Below, in pieces: positions 21,654 through 29,628 of a DNA stretch of 64,000 bases. Source of the stretch: Polyangiaceae bacterium (GTDB taxonomy: Bacteria > Myxococcota_A > Polyangia > Polyangiales > Polyangiaceae). Position 1 is the stretch's first letter. Every line of letters begins with the position of its first letter. The position numbers were made by a program, and so were the translations under genes. The stretch covers positions 1-64,000 of the forward strand of contig JBKQKP010000042.1 of assembly GCA_052147435.1 (NCBI GenBank), read 5' to 3'. The notes beneath the pieces were generated by a model. The model was not told the origin of the DNA, made no database searches, and saw only the letters and a program-made list of their open reading frames with translations.

Positions 21654-23063
21654 ATGCCCCCCCTCCTCGACGCCGAATCGACCGTCCAACCGGGTCACGT
21701 GCTCGGCGGGAAGTACCGCGTCGAGCGGGTGCTTGGGATGGGGGGGATGGGGGTCGTCGTCGCGGCGCGGCACGTCGAGCTCCAGACGCGCTTTGCCCTG
21801 AAGCTGCTGCGCCGCGAGGCCGCGGCTGACGAAGAGTCGGTCGAGCGCTTTCTCCGCGAGGCGCGCGCTGCGGTGAAGCTGAAGAGCCAGCACTGCGTCC
21901 GGATCATCGACGTCGGCAAGCTCGAAGGGGGGGGGCCCTACATGGTCATGGAGCTCCTCGTGGGGAAGGACCTCGGAGAGCTCGTCGCCGAGAGCGGCGC
22001 GCGGAGCCCCCCCGAGGCCGTCGACTACATCCTTCAGGCCATCGAAGGGATCGCCGAGGCCCACTCGCTCGGGATCATCCACCGCGACATCAAGCCGCAA
22101 AATCTCTTCGTCACGCGCGGCGTCGACGGAATGCCGCTCGTGAAGGTGCTCGACTTCGGTCTCGCGAAGTCGATCAAATCGACGCCGGAGATCCACGCAC
22201 TCACGCACACGAAGGCGGTCATGGGCTCTCCAACCTACATGAGCCCGGAGCAGATGCGCGCGTCGCGGCAGGTCGATTCGCGCTCCGACACCTGGTCGCT
22301 CGGGGTGTGTCTCTACGAGCTCTTGACGGCGCGCACGCCGTTCGAAGGGGCGACGTATCCCGAGCTGTGCTCGATGGTCTTGAACGAGCCGCCGTCGCCG
22401 ATGCCCTCCGACATTCCGCGGGGGCTCACCCGCGTCATCGTGCGGTGTCTCCAGAAGGATCCGAGGCGTCGCTATGCCGACGTCGCGGAGCTCGCGCTCG
22501 CGCTCGAGGAGTTCGCGTCGGCACCCGGAGCTGCGGCGCGCATTCGCGCCGTCCTCGACGCGCCGAGGCCGCAGCTCGAGTCGCTGCACGCGAGCGAGTC
22601 GCACGATCCGAACGCGGAGACGAAGACGGCAGCGTCGATCGACACGACGCAACGCGCTCAGAATCGACAGCACGCCGCGGGTCGCGCGAGGTCGCTGGCT
22701 CTCGGTGCGGTGGGGCTCGTGATCGTCGGCGGTGTCGCGTTTGGAGTCGCCGCGAGGAGAACGTCGCCGCCAGAGTCTCGAACCGCGCTCGACCCGGTCG
22801 CCGTCGGCGTCGCAACGTCGCCGCCGATCGTCACGCCGCCGTCCGCGACGACCGCGGTTGAGTCTTCCGTGCCCGTTGCGAGCGCCGCGGCAACGGCGGC
22901 GACGCCCTCGGCGGTCAGCGCGGCAGCCGCGCCGACGGTGAAGTCCGGCCACGCGCGAGGCGCTCCGACTCGGCACGCGCCGAGCCCACTCGCTGCGCCC
23001 GCTCCGACGGCGTCGGCGAAGCCCAGCGCGCCGGTCCTCGTGCCGAAGACGACGGAGTTCTGA
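21654..23063 (+). CDS. Hanks-type Ser/Thr protein kinase, membrane-anchored, with an Ala/Pro-rich C-terminus
   Basis: LGMGGMGVVVAARH, ALKLL, HRDIKPQNLFV, DFGLAK, SPEQ. A TM helix near aa 380 is followed by a low-complexity tail. Confidence 0.9.
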   Translation: MPPLLDAESTVQPGHVLGGKYRVERVLGMGGMGVVVAARHVELQTRFALKLLRREAAADEESVERFLREARAAVKLKSQHCVRIIDVGKLEGGGPYMVMELLVGKDLGELVAESGARSPPEAVDYILQAIEGIAEAHSLGIIHRDIKPQNLFVTRGVDGMPLVKVLDFGLAKSIKSTPEIHALTHTKAVMGSPTYMSPEQMRASRQVDSRSDTWSLGVCLYELLTARTPFEGATYPELCSMVLNEPPSPMPSDIPRGLTRVIVRCLQKDPRRRYADVAELALALEEFASAPGAAARIRAVLDAPRPQLESLHASESHDPNAETKTAASIDTTQRAQNRQHAAGRARSLALGAVGLVIVGGVAFGVAARRTSPPESRTALDPVAVGVATSPPIVTPPSATTAVESSVPVASAAATAATPSAVSAAAAPTVKSGHARGAPTRHAPSPLAAPAPTASAKPSAPVLVPKTTEF

Positions 23064-23064
23064 C

Positions 23065-24030
23065 GTGGGTCGTCATCTCCATCGCGGGCTCCTCGCGCTC
23101 ACCCTTCTCGTCACGACCCCGTGTCTCGCCGCGACCCCCGAGGCAAACCACGCGGCTGCCGTGGAGAGCTTCCGCCGCGGAACGGAGCTCGTCGAAGCGG
23201 GGAAGCTGCAGGAGGCGGTCGACGCGTTCCGCGACGCCCTGCAACGCGAGCCCGCGAGCGTAGGTGCGCGCCTCGATCTCGCCGACTGCTACGAGAAGAT
23301 CGGCGCGCCCGCGTCGGCCTGGCGCGAGTACACCATCGCCGAGGTGTATGCGCGGAAGGGGGGGGACGCGCGCCAGGCGATGGCCCGCTCGTCGGCCGCC
23401 GGCCTCGAAGCGCGACTCTTCGTCGTGAGGCTCGAGGGGAAGGGGCCCCCCGGAATGGCTCTGCAGCTCGACGGAGATCCGGTCGCCGAGGAGATCGTCG
23501 CCCGCGGTTCGTTCGCGCTCGCGCCGGGGCGTCACCACCTCGAGATGACGGCCCCCGGGAAGAGGCCGACCTCCGTCGAGCTCACTGGCGCGGCGGGTGA
23601 GACGCGCGCGTTGACCGTCGCGCTCGAGGATGCGCCGCCGCCGTCTTCCGCGCGAATCGAGGAGTCGTCAGGCGCAGCGCCTCCGCGATCGTCGGCGCAG
23701 AAGACGTGGGGCTTCGTGCTCGGCGCAGTCGGAATCGCGGGGCTCGGCGTCGGGGGGGTCTTCGGTGGGCTCGCGCTCGCGAAGAGGTCGACCCTCGAGA
23801 GCGAATCGCTCGATCCGAGCGTCGGCTCGGCGCGGTTCTACAGCGATCGCTCGAACGCGGACATGCTCGCCGCCGTGTCGACCGCTGGTTTCATCGCGGG
23901 TGGCGTGGCGCTGGCGGCGGGGGCGACGCTCCTGGCGACGGCGCCGACCGGGAAGCGGTCGGGGTGGATTCGCGTGGGGCCCTACGTGGGGGGAGGGGGA
24001 ACGGGTCTCGTCGCGGGGGGGGAGTTCTGA
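23065..24030 (+). CDS. Membrane-anchored TPR plus PEGA-like domain protein, kinase-associated
   Basis: Signal peptide; TPR-like N-terminal region; a beta-rich segment resembling a PEGA domain (FVVRLEGKGPPGMALQLDGDP...GRHHLEMTAPG); C-terminal TM helices. GTG start 2 nt after the kinase stop. Confidence 0.55.
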   Translation: MGRHLHRGLLALTLLVTTPCLAATPEANHAAAVESFRRGTELVEAGKLQEAVDAFRDALQREPASVGARLDLADCYEKIGAPASAWREYTIAEVYARKGGDARQAMARSSAAGLEARLFVVRLEGKGPPGMALQLDGDPVAEEIVARGSFALAPGRHHLEMTAPGKRPTSVELTGAAGETRALTVALEDAPPPSSARIEESSGAAPPRSSAQKTWGFVLGAVGIAGLGVGGVFGGLALAKRSTLESESLDPSVGSARFYSDRSNADMLAAVSTAGFIAGGVALAAGATLLATAPTGKRSGWIRVGPYVGGGGTGLVAGGEF

Positions 24031-24031
24031 C

Positions 24032-24367
24032 TCACGCCGCCTCGACCTCGTAATAGTAGGGGGGCTGCGCGTCGCAGAAGCGGGCGATCCGGGCGACGTC
24101 CTCCTCCGAGAGCCCCTCGAGCACGACGCCGATGCCCGGCCCGGTCTCGCCGGACGCGTCCCGCAGCCAGCGGACCCGCCCCGTCATGACGATCGGTCCG
24201 TCCGGGAAGCGGGACCCGATGACGATCGCGCTGCCGATCGGAAGGTCGCGCCACGTGGCGACGAAGACGCCCGCGTGACCGACGTCTCCGGTCAAGTCGA
24301 CGAAGAAGTGCGACTCGCTCTCGACGGCGAGGTCGACGTCGAGAAAAACGGCCTCTAGCGCGCTCAT
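24032..24367 (-). CDS. PilZ-domain protein (putative c-di-GMP effector)
   Basis: 112 aa, with PilZ-like RxxxR...DxSxxG-like features (HFFVDLTGDVGHAGVFVATW...VIGSRF). Its start overlaps the stop of the upstream TolB-like gene by 4 nt. Confidence 0.55.
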   Translation of the reverse strand: MSALEAVFLDVDLAVESESHFFVDLTGDVGHAGVFVATWRDLPIGSAIVIGSRFPDGPIVMTGRVRWLRDASGETGPGIGVVLEGLSEEDVARIARFCDAQPPYYYEVEAA

Positions 24368-25380
24368 GACCGTGCCGGCTTTCGCCGCCCGCGGACGGCC
24401 ATTGCGGCCGCCCCCCGCACGGGGCGAATGCGCCAAATGTGGAAGCGGTCGGTCGCGTTGGCGTGAAAGTACACGTAGCCGTCCTGCGCCCAGTTGGGGC
24501 GGCACGCGATGCGGTCCCCCTCGGTGAGCTGGACGAGCCAAGAGCCGTCAGGGTGCACGGAGAAGAGGTTTGCCTGCGTCCACTGATTCTCCACGCTGTG
24601 CGCCGAGCAGAAGACGATGGCGCTCCCGTCGGGGGCCCAGGAGGGGTGGATGTCGTCGTCCGAGCCATCGGTGATCTGCGTGGCGTCCGTCCCGTCGGCC
24701 TTCATGACGAAGACGTGCGCACGACCGCGAACCGCGCGTGAGAAGGCGATGTGCGTACCGTCCGGGCTCCACGCGGGATCGGTCCCTTCGCCGAGCACGG
24801 TCGTGGCGGAGCCTTCGAGATCGGAGAGACCGAGGGCCGAGTCGAGGTGTCTCGCCGACCGCCAGCCCGATCGGAGGAAGAGGTCGAGCGGGCCGAGGGT
24901 CATCGCCACCGTTCCGCCGGGGGATATCGCGGGCCACCCCCCGGTGAGCGTGGGGTCGCCGACGCTGCCGAGGAGGCGCGTCTCGTCGATGCTCGGCCCG
25001 ATCGTCTCCACCAGCTTGTAGGGGCCGAGCGCGTTCGAGACGAAGACGAGCCTCGAGCCGTCGGAGGTCCAGGCCGGCTCGAGGCCCATCGCGTTCTTCG
25101 AGCTGTACTCCACGCGTCCAGGGCGCCCGGAGACGGCCCCCTGGAGATCCATCGCCTCGATGTGCGGCGTCGAATCGAGCGAATCGGCGACCTCGTACGC
25201 GATCGACTTCGCGTCGGGCGAGATCGCCGGATCGAGCTCGTTCGTCCGGGAGCGCGTCACCTGTTGCATCTCGGTGGCCGCTTCCGTCGTGTTGACCGCG
25301 CGCTGCATCGGCGCCGCGCACCCCCACGCGAACGCGACCAGCGGTACCGAGACCAGGACCGGTAGGAAGGTGCGAACCAT
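24364..25380 (-). CDS. TolB-like periplasmic beta-propeller protein
   Basis: Signal peptide. Repeated PD40-like motifs (ISPDAKSIAY, AWTSDGSRLVFVS, AWSPDGTHIAFS, PSWAPDGSAIVF). Confidence 0.75.
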   Translation of the reverse strand: MVRTFLPVLVSVPLVAFAWGCAAPMQRAVNTTEAATEMQQVTRSRTNELDPAISPDAKSIAYEVADSLDSTPHIEAMDLQGAVSGRPGRVEYSSKNAMGLEPAWTSDGSRLVFVSNALGPYKLVETIGPSIDETRLLGSVGDPTLTGGWPAISPGGTVAMTLGPLDLFLRSGWRSARHLDSALGLSDLEGSATTVLGEGTDPAWSPDGTHIAFSRAVRGRAHVFVMKADGTDATQITDGSDDDIHPSWAPDGSAIVFCSAHSVENQWTQANLFSVHPDGSWLVQLTEGDRIACRPNWAQDGYVYFHANATDRFHIWRIRPVRGAAAMAVRGRRKPARS

Positions 25381-25395
25381 GGCGTCTGCTCCCGT

Positions 25396-26670
25396 CTACC
25401 GGTACGGGTTGGGGTTCGTCTGCGTCAGCGTCGAGTCGTTCTTCGCCTCCGCACCTGGGGCCGAGGTGGCCGTCGCGGGGGCCGGCATCGTGTAGAGGGG
25501 CAGCGCGCTCTGGAGCCCGGCCACGCGGGGGAACAGCCAGCTCGGGAGCTTCGACCAGTCGCCGAGCATGATGCTCGTCCCCGTGCCGCCGAGCTGCCCG
25601 AGGGCGTCGTAGGCGTGCATCATGACCTGGTTGGTCGTGATGTTGGCGGCTTCCGCGCGCTTCTCCTCGGCCGACGCCTTCGCGAGCGCGAGCCTCGCCG
25701 ACGCCTCGCCGCGCGCCGCTACGACGTGCGTGGATGCTTCGGCTTCCGCCTTCATCCTGTCGATCTGCCCCTGCTCCGCCGTGAGCCTGCGCTCCGCCTG
25801 CTTGTTCCGGAGGGCCGACTCGAGGCGCGCCTTCTCCTCCTCGGCCTCCGAGGCGATCTGGATCTTCTTCACCTCGACCTGGGTGGTCGCGTTGAGCTTG
25901 TCCTGCTCCGCCTTGGCTTGAAGCTCCATCCTGCGCTGGTCGGTCTGCGCCGCGAGCTCCATCTTCTTCTGCGCGGACTGCGTCTCGAGCTCGAGTTGTT
26001 TCGTCTGGGCCGTCAGCTCGAGCTCGCGCTTCCTGCGGGCCGCTTCGTTCTCGAGGAGCTGCTTATTACGAAGGGTCTCCTCCTGGGAAACCACTCTCTC
26101 TCGCTGCGATTGCATGATCTCCGGGGCGTAAGTGACGTTCTGAATGAGGACGCTCGAGATCTCGACGTGCCTGCCGTTCAGGCGCTCCCTGAGGGCGCGC
26201 TCGATCTCGTCCTCGATGGAGCCGTTCTTCTTCTGCAGGTCCTGGTACGAGGTATGCGCGAACACGCCGATGGCCGCGCTCTTGAACTCGGGGCCGACGA
26301 CCTCGTCGAAGTAGTTGGGCCCGATCTCCGTATCGAGCATGTAAAGCTCGGCGACGATCGGCCGGTACACGACGGCGATCGTCATGTCGAGCGGGAGCCC
26401 CTCGGCGGAGAGGGTGTGGATGTTCTCCTTCGAGGTGGAGAAGGTGACGTCGAAGTCGTCGACGCGCGCGCACTTGTTGCTCGGCTCCCAGAAGGGGCAC
26501 GCGGTGCGGTACCAGCCGGGTTGCAGCACCTCGTGCTGGATCCCTCCGCTCCGCGGGTCGAAGTAGAGGGCGCGATGGCCCGGTTGAATCGCGGCGCCGG
26601 CGCAGCCCGTTCCGACGGTGAGCGCGCCGAGGGCCAGGAGCGAGAGACCTATCGATGAGATTTTTCGCAT
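25396..26670 (-). CDS. SPFH/band-7 (stomatin/HflC-like) domain lipoprotein with a long coiled-coil
   Basis: Lipobox (TVGTGCAG), an SPFH-like N-terminal region, then an extended Glu/Lys/Gln/Ala-rich heptad region. Confidence 0.7.
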   Translation of the reverse strand: MRKISSIGLSLLALGALTVGTGCAGAAIQPGHRALYFDPRSGGIQHEVLQPGWYRTACPFWEPSNKCARVDDFDVTFSTSKENIHTLSAEGLPLDMTIAVVYRPIVAELYMLDTEIGPNYFDEVVGPEFKSAAIGVFAHTSYQDLQKKNGSIEDEIERALRERLNGRHVEISSVLIQNVTYAPEIMQSQRERVVSQEETLRNKQLLENEAARRKRELELTAQTKQLELETQSAQKKMELAAQTDQRRMELQAKAEQDKLNATTQVEVKKIQIASEAEEEKARLESALRNKQAERRLTAEQGQIDRMKAEAEASTHVVAARGEASARLALAKASAEEKRAEAANITTNQVMMHAYDALGQLGGTGTSIMLGDWSKLPSWLFPRVAGLQSALPLYTMPAPATATSAPGAEAKNDSTLTQTNPNPYR

Positions 26671-26761
26671 GAGAATACCCCTTGGCGCCGGCGTCTCAGC
26701 CGCCGCCTCCTTTCCTAATGATCAAGCAAGCCGGCACCGCGCCGGCCGAACGAGCGCTGCG

Positions 26762-27313
26762 CTACTTCGTCGTCGCGACAGCTCCGAGGTCTACCCCCTC
26801 CAGCCACCCCGCCAGATCGCGGCCGACCTCCGCCATGCAGCGGTACATGATGGGAGCCCCCTTGGATGGCGGAACGATGCCTCCTTGTCGGCAGCTGGTT
26901 TGGGTTTGTGCGAGATAGACGTTCCCCGCGCGGCTGCGGAGCGTGGCGCGAACGCCGACCGAGAAGACGACCCGCCCGCGCTTGTACTGAGCGTCGGAGC
27001 TGATGACCTCGACGAACAGCTGCCAGCCGTCCTTGCTCGTCCCCTCCTTGTCCGTCGTACGGTGGCGGGCGGCCCAGGGGACCGCGGCCGAGGAGATGGC
27101 GTAGCCGAGCGCGGCTTCGACGTCGCTGTAGACCACGCCGGAGTCCCCGAGCGGCAGCGGATCGCGTACGGCCGTCGATCGCGTGACCACTTCGAGGGGA
27201 ACCGTCGCCGGCGACGTCATTCCGGCTTCTGCGAGGAGCGGGACGATCTGCTGCTCTTGGCCGCCGCATCCGGCCGCCGAGAGGAGGGCGAGGACAGCTA
27301 CCAGCGTGCGCAT
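26762..27313 (-). CDS. Lipoprotein of unknown function
   Basis: MRTLVAVLALLSAAGCGG lipobox. 183 aa. Confidence 0.55.
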   Translation of the reverse strand: MRTLVAVLALLSAAGCGGQEQQIVPLLAEAGMTSPATVPLEVVTRSTAVRDPLPLGDSGVVYSDVEAALGYAISSAAVPWAARHRTTDKEGTSKDGWQLFVEVISSDAQYKRGRVVFSVGVRATLRSRAGNVYLAQTQTSCRQGGIVPPSKGAPIMYRCMAEVGRDLAGWLEGVDLGAVATTK

Positions 27314-27534
27314 GCAGGACCCTAGAGCAAGGGGCTTGCCACTCTCACTTTCAGCCTCGGTGCGCGCGTGAAGACGCGATTTTCGCGGAGCATGAAGAGC
27401 GGCAGACGATCGCGGGGCGCGCGATCCGAGCGGGACGCGGCCACGACGCCCCGGGGCGAAGCGCGAAGGGAGGCATCCGACGTCTCGGTCTCGTTCTCTC
27501 CTTCGCGCCGGGTCAATCCGTCGCTCGCGCAAGC

Positions 27535-27635
27535 GACGATCAACCCATTCCCCGGCCCCGCGACGATCAACCCATCCCCCGGCCCCGCGACGATCAACCC
27601 ATCCCCCGGCCCCTTCCCTGCAAGCAGGGAAGGGG
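27535..27635. repeat. REP-like element, copy B: three tandem 27-bp units (cgacgatcaacccat[t/c]ccccggccccg) ending in a perfect hairpin ccccttccctgcAAgcagggaagggg
   Basis: Direct reading of the sequence. The final 45 bp are the exact reverse complement of 8781..8825. Confidence 0.85.
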
Positions 27636-28007
27636 AGTCAGGCGTCGACGCTCACGCCGGAAGCGAGGAGCACGTCCAGCGCGTAGGGCTCCGGAGTCGG
27701 TCCCGCGAGGGTAGCGACCGCCGACGCGATCGCCCGTCGCGACGCCATCGGGGGAACGCAGATCATCGCCCACGTTGCCCCTCCCGGTCGCCCCCACGCC
27801 CTGCCCGACTCGACGACCACGCGCGAGCGGCTCGGGGCGATCGCGACCCGCATGTTCGCCGGCTTCACGAGCGAGACGGCGCGCTCGGCGAAGGCCATTC
27901 GGTCGAAGCGCTCGAGGGAGGTCTCGGTTCCGTCGAGCTCGCGGTCGCGGGCAATGTCGGAGACGTACGTCGGCATGGTGGTCGCCGACGAGAGTGTAGC
28001 GCGTCCA

Positions 28008-28331
28008 TCAGCCGCCGCGCTCGCTCGACGCGCCACTCGGCCAGAGGTACGTCACGTGTGTCCGCGTCGCCCCATGGAAGTCGATGGGCCTGCGCTCGGT
28101 GAGCTGCCCGCCGTGGCGCTCGTAGAACGAGCAGCAGCCGTCGAGCTCTGCGACGAGCACGCTCGATCCTTTGCGCAAGCGCTCGAGCCACGTCGCTGCG
28201 CGCTCATCCGCGTCGGTGCGCGGCCACGAACCGGCCAGGGGGGCGTAGGCATCGTCGGACGACGCGATGTGGACCGACGCGATGGCGGCGGCGTCGTCGG
28301 TTGCGGCGCTGCGGATCGTGGGGGAGGTCAT
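28008..28331 (-). pseudogene. GNAT-family N-acetyltransferase, apparently truncated by an internal in-frame deletion
   Basis: N-terminal GNAT beta1/alpha1 (IRSAATDDAAAIASVHI) and C-terminal FYERHGGQLTERRPIDFHG motif are present. The ~50-aa motif-A (R/QxxGxG/A) region between VLVAELDG and FYER is missing. Only 107 aa. Confidence 0.35.
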
Positions 28332-28350
28332 CGAGGAAGTGCGCCCGCCC

Positions 28351-28740
28351 TCACGTCGCCGCGACCGTGATCTCCAACCACGCCCGCTTGTTGATCCGCC
28401 CCGCGATCCGGGCGAAGAAGTCCCCCATCGCCATCTGCCAGCCGTACTTCTCTCGCAGCGCTGCGTGCGCGCGCTTCACGTCCTCGGCGCTCTCGAGGAT
28501 GCGCCCCGTCGCCTCGAGCCAGGGACCTCGGACGTTCCCGCGCATGTCGCACGCGGCGACGCGGGCATGCGCGTCGCGCCGCAGGCGCTTCACCTTGAAG
28601 GCGTCGCCGGCGCTCATCACGACGAGCTTGCCGTCGAGGGGGGCGGCCCAAACCGGCGTCTTGACGCCGTTGCCGTCCTTCTTGAACGTCTCGAGGTTGA
28701 TGTATTGCTCGTCGGCGAGGGGCGGGTTCTGTGTGCTCAC
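28351..28740 (-). CDS. PPOX-class (pyridoxamine-5'-phosphate-oxidase-like, probably F420/FMN-binding) small protein
   Basis: 129-aa split-barrel-like sequence (EQYINLETFKKDGNGVKTPVWAA...LVVMS). Last gene of the peptidase operon. Confidence 0.5.
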   Translation of the reverse strand: MSTQNPPLADEQYINLETFKKDGNGVKTPVWAAPLDGKLVVMSAGDAFKVKRLRRDAHARVAACDMRGNVRGPWLEATGRILESAEDVKRAHAALREKYGWQMAMGDFFARIAGRINKRAWLEITVAAT

Positions 28741-28779
28741 GCGCGCAAGTGTGCCACCCCTCGCGACGCGGTTCGACCC

Positions 28780-29628
28780 TTACGACGCCACCCCCCGCGG
28801 AGCGTCGGTCGAGGCGCTCGCCGTTGCCTTCAGCCACCTTCGAAGGATCTCGACGAACTCAGGCTCTCGCGGCACCCAGTGTCCGCACGGGAGCCCGACG
28901 ACCTCGCCGCCGACGCTCAGCACGTGCTCGACCCACGCCGCGCTGTGGAAGGGGAAGGGTTTCTTCTCGCCGTAGACGAACAGCAACGGGCACTTCGGCC
29001 AGTACCCGCGGGTCAGCTCGCGCGCTCGCCCCGAGAAGAGGTCCGCCCAGATATTGCGGTAGGGGTAGTTCATCCACGCATCGAGGACGGGGGCTCGAGG
29101 GGCACCCGCTCGCCTCGCGAAGGCGCGCGTCATGCCGTCGCCGATCGGGCCGCCGACGACGAAGGCTCCGAAGAGCCACCACTGGTACGCGATGATCCCG
29201 AGCGTCCCGCGCCGCGAGGGCTTGAAGTGAGGGGCGACGTCGATGCTCGCGACACGCGAGACGAGCTCCGGGAAGCGATGGTGGACGACATGCCCCCAGT
29301 AGCAGCCCCAGTCGTGAAGGACGAGCGTCACGCGCTTCCCTCGGCCGGCTTCGCGAACCATGTTGGCGAGCGCGAGGACGATCTCTTCGGTCGCGTACCC
29401 CCAACGCGCGGTTCTATCGCCGGCGAAGTTCGGAAGCGTCATCCGGACGCAGCGGTACGTCCCGCGCAGCGCGGCGACGACGGGGTCCCACAGCGAGGCG
29501 TCGTCCGGCCAGCCCTGGATGAAGACGATGGTTTCGCCGGCTTCATTGCCGTCGACGAGGGGGGTGAGGTGCGGGAGCACGCCGGCAGCGTACGACGGAT
29601 CACTCTCGCCCGGTACCGAGGTGCGCAT
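28780..29628 (-). CDS. Alpha/beta-fold hydrolase (epoxide hydrolase/haloalkane dehalogenase-like)
   Basis: IVFIQGWPDD oxyanion motif and VLHDWGC nucleophile elbow (Asp nucleophile type). Start ambiguous: the listed ORF start (29661) overlaps the upstream gene. Confidence 0.65.
   Translation of the reverse strand: MRTSVPGESDPSYAAGVLPHLTPLVDGNEAGETIVFIQGWPDDASLWDPVVAALRGTYRCVRMTLPNFAGDRTARWGYATEEIVLALANMVREAGRGKRVTLVLHDWGCYWGHVVHHRFPELVSRVASIDVAPHFKPSRRGTLGIIAYQWWLFGAFVVGGPIGDGMTRAFARRAGAPRAPVLDAWMNYPYRNIWADLFSGRARELTRGYWPKCPLLFVYGEKKPFPFHSAAWVEHVLSVGGEVVGLPCGHWVPREPEFVEILRRWLKATASASTDAPRGVAS

Noticed and set aside
27537-27614. Possible CRISPR array
   Set aside because: Only three directly abutting 27-bp repeats with no spacers. 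No cas genes nearby.
27638-28036. 132-aa minus-strand ORF overlapping the GNAT 3' end
   Set aside because: No recognisable motifs. It overlaps the GNAT frame by 28 nt and is likely a spurious frame adjacent to the repeat element.
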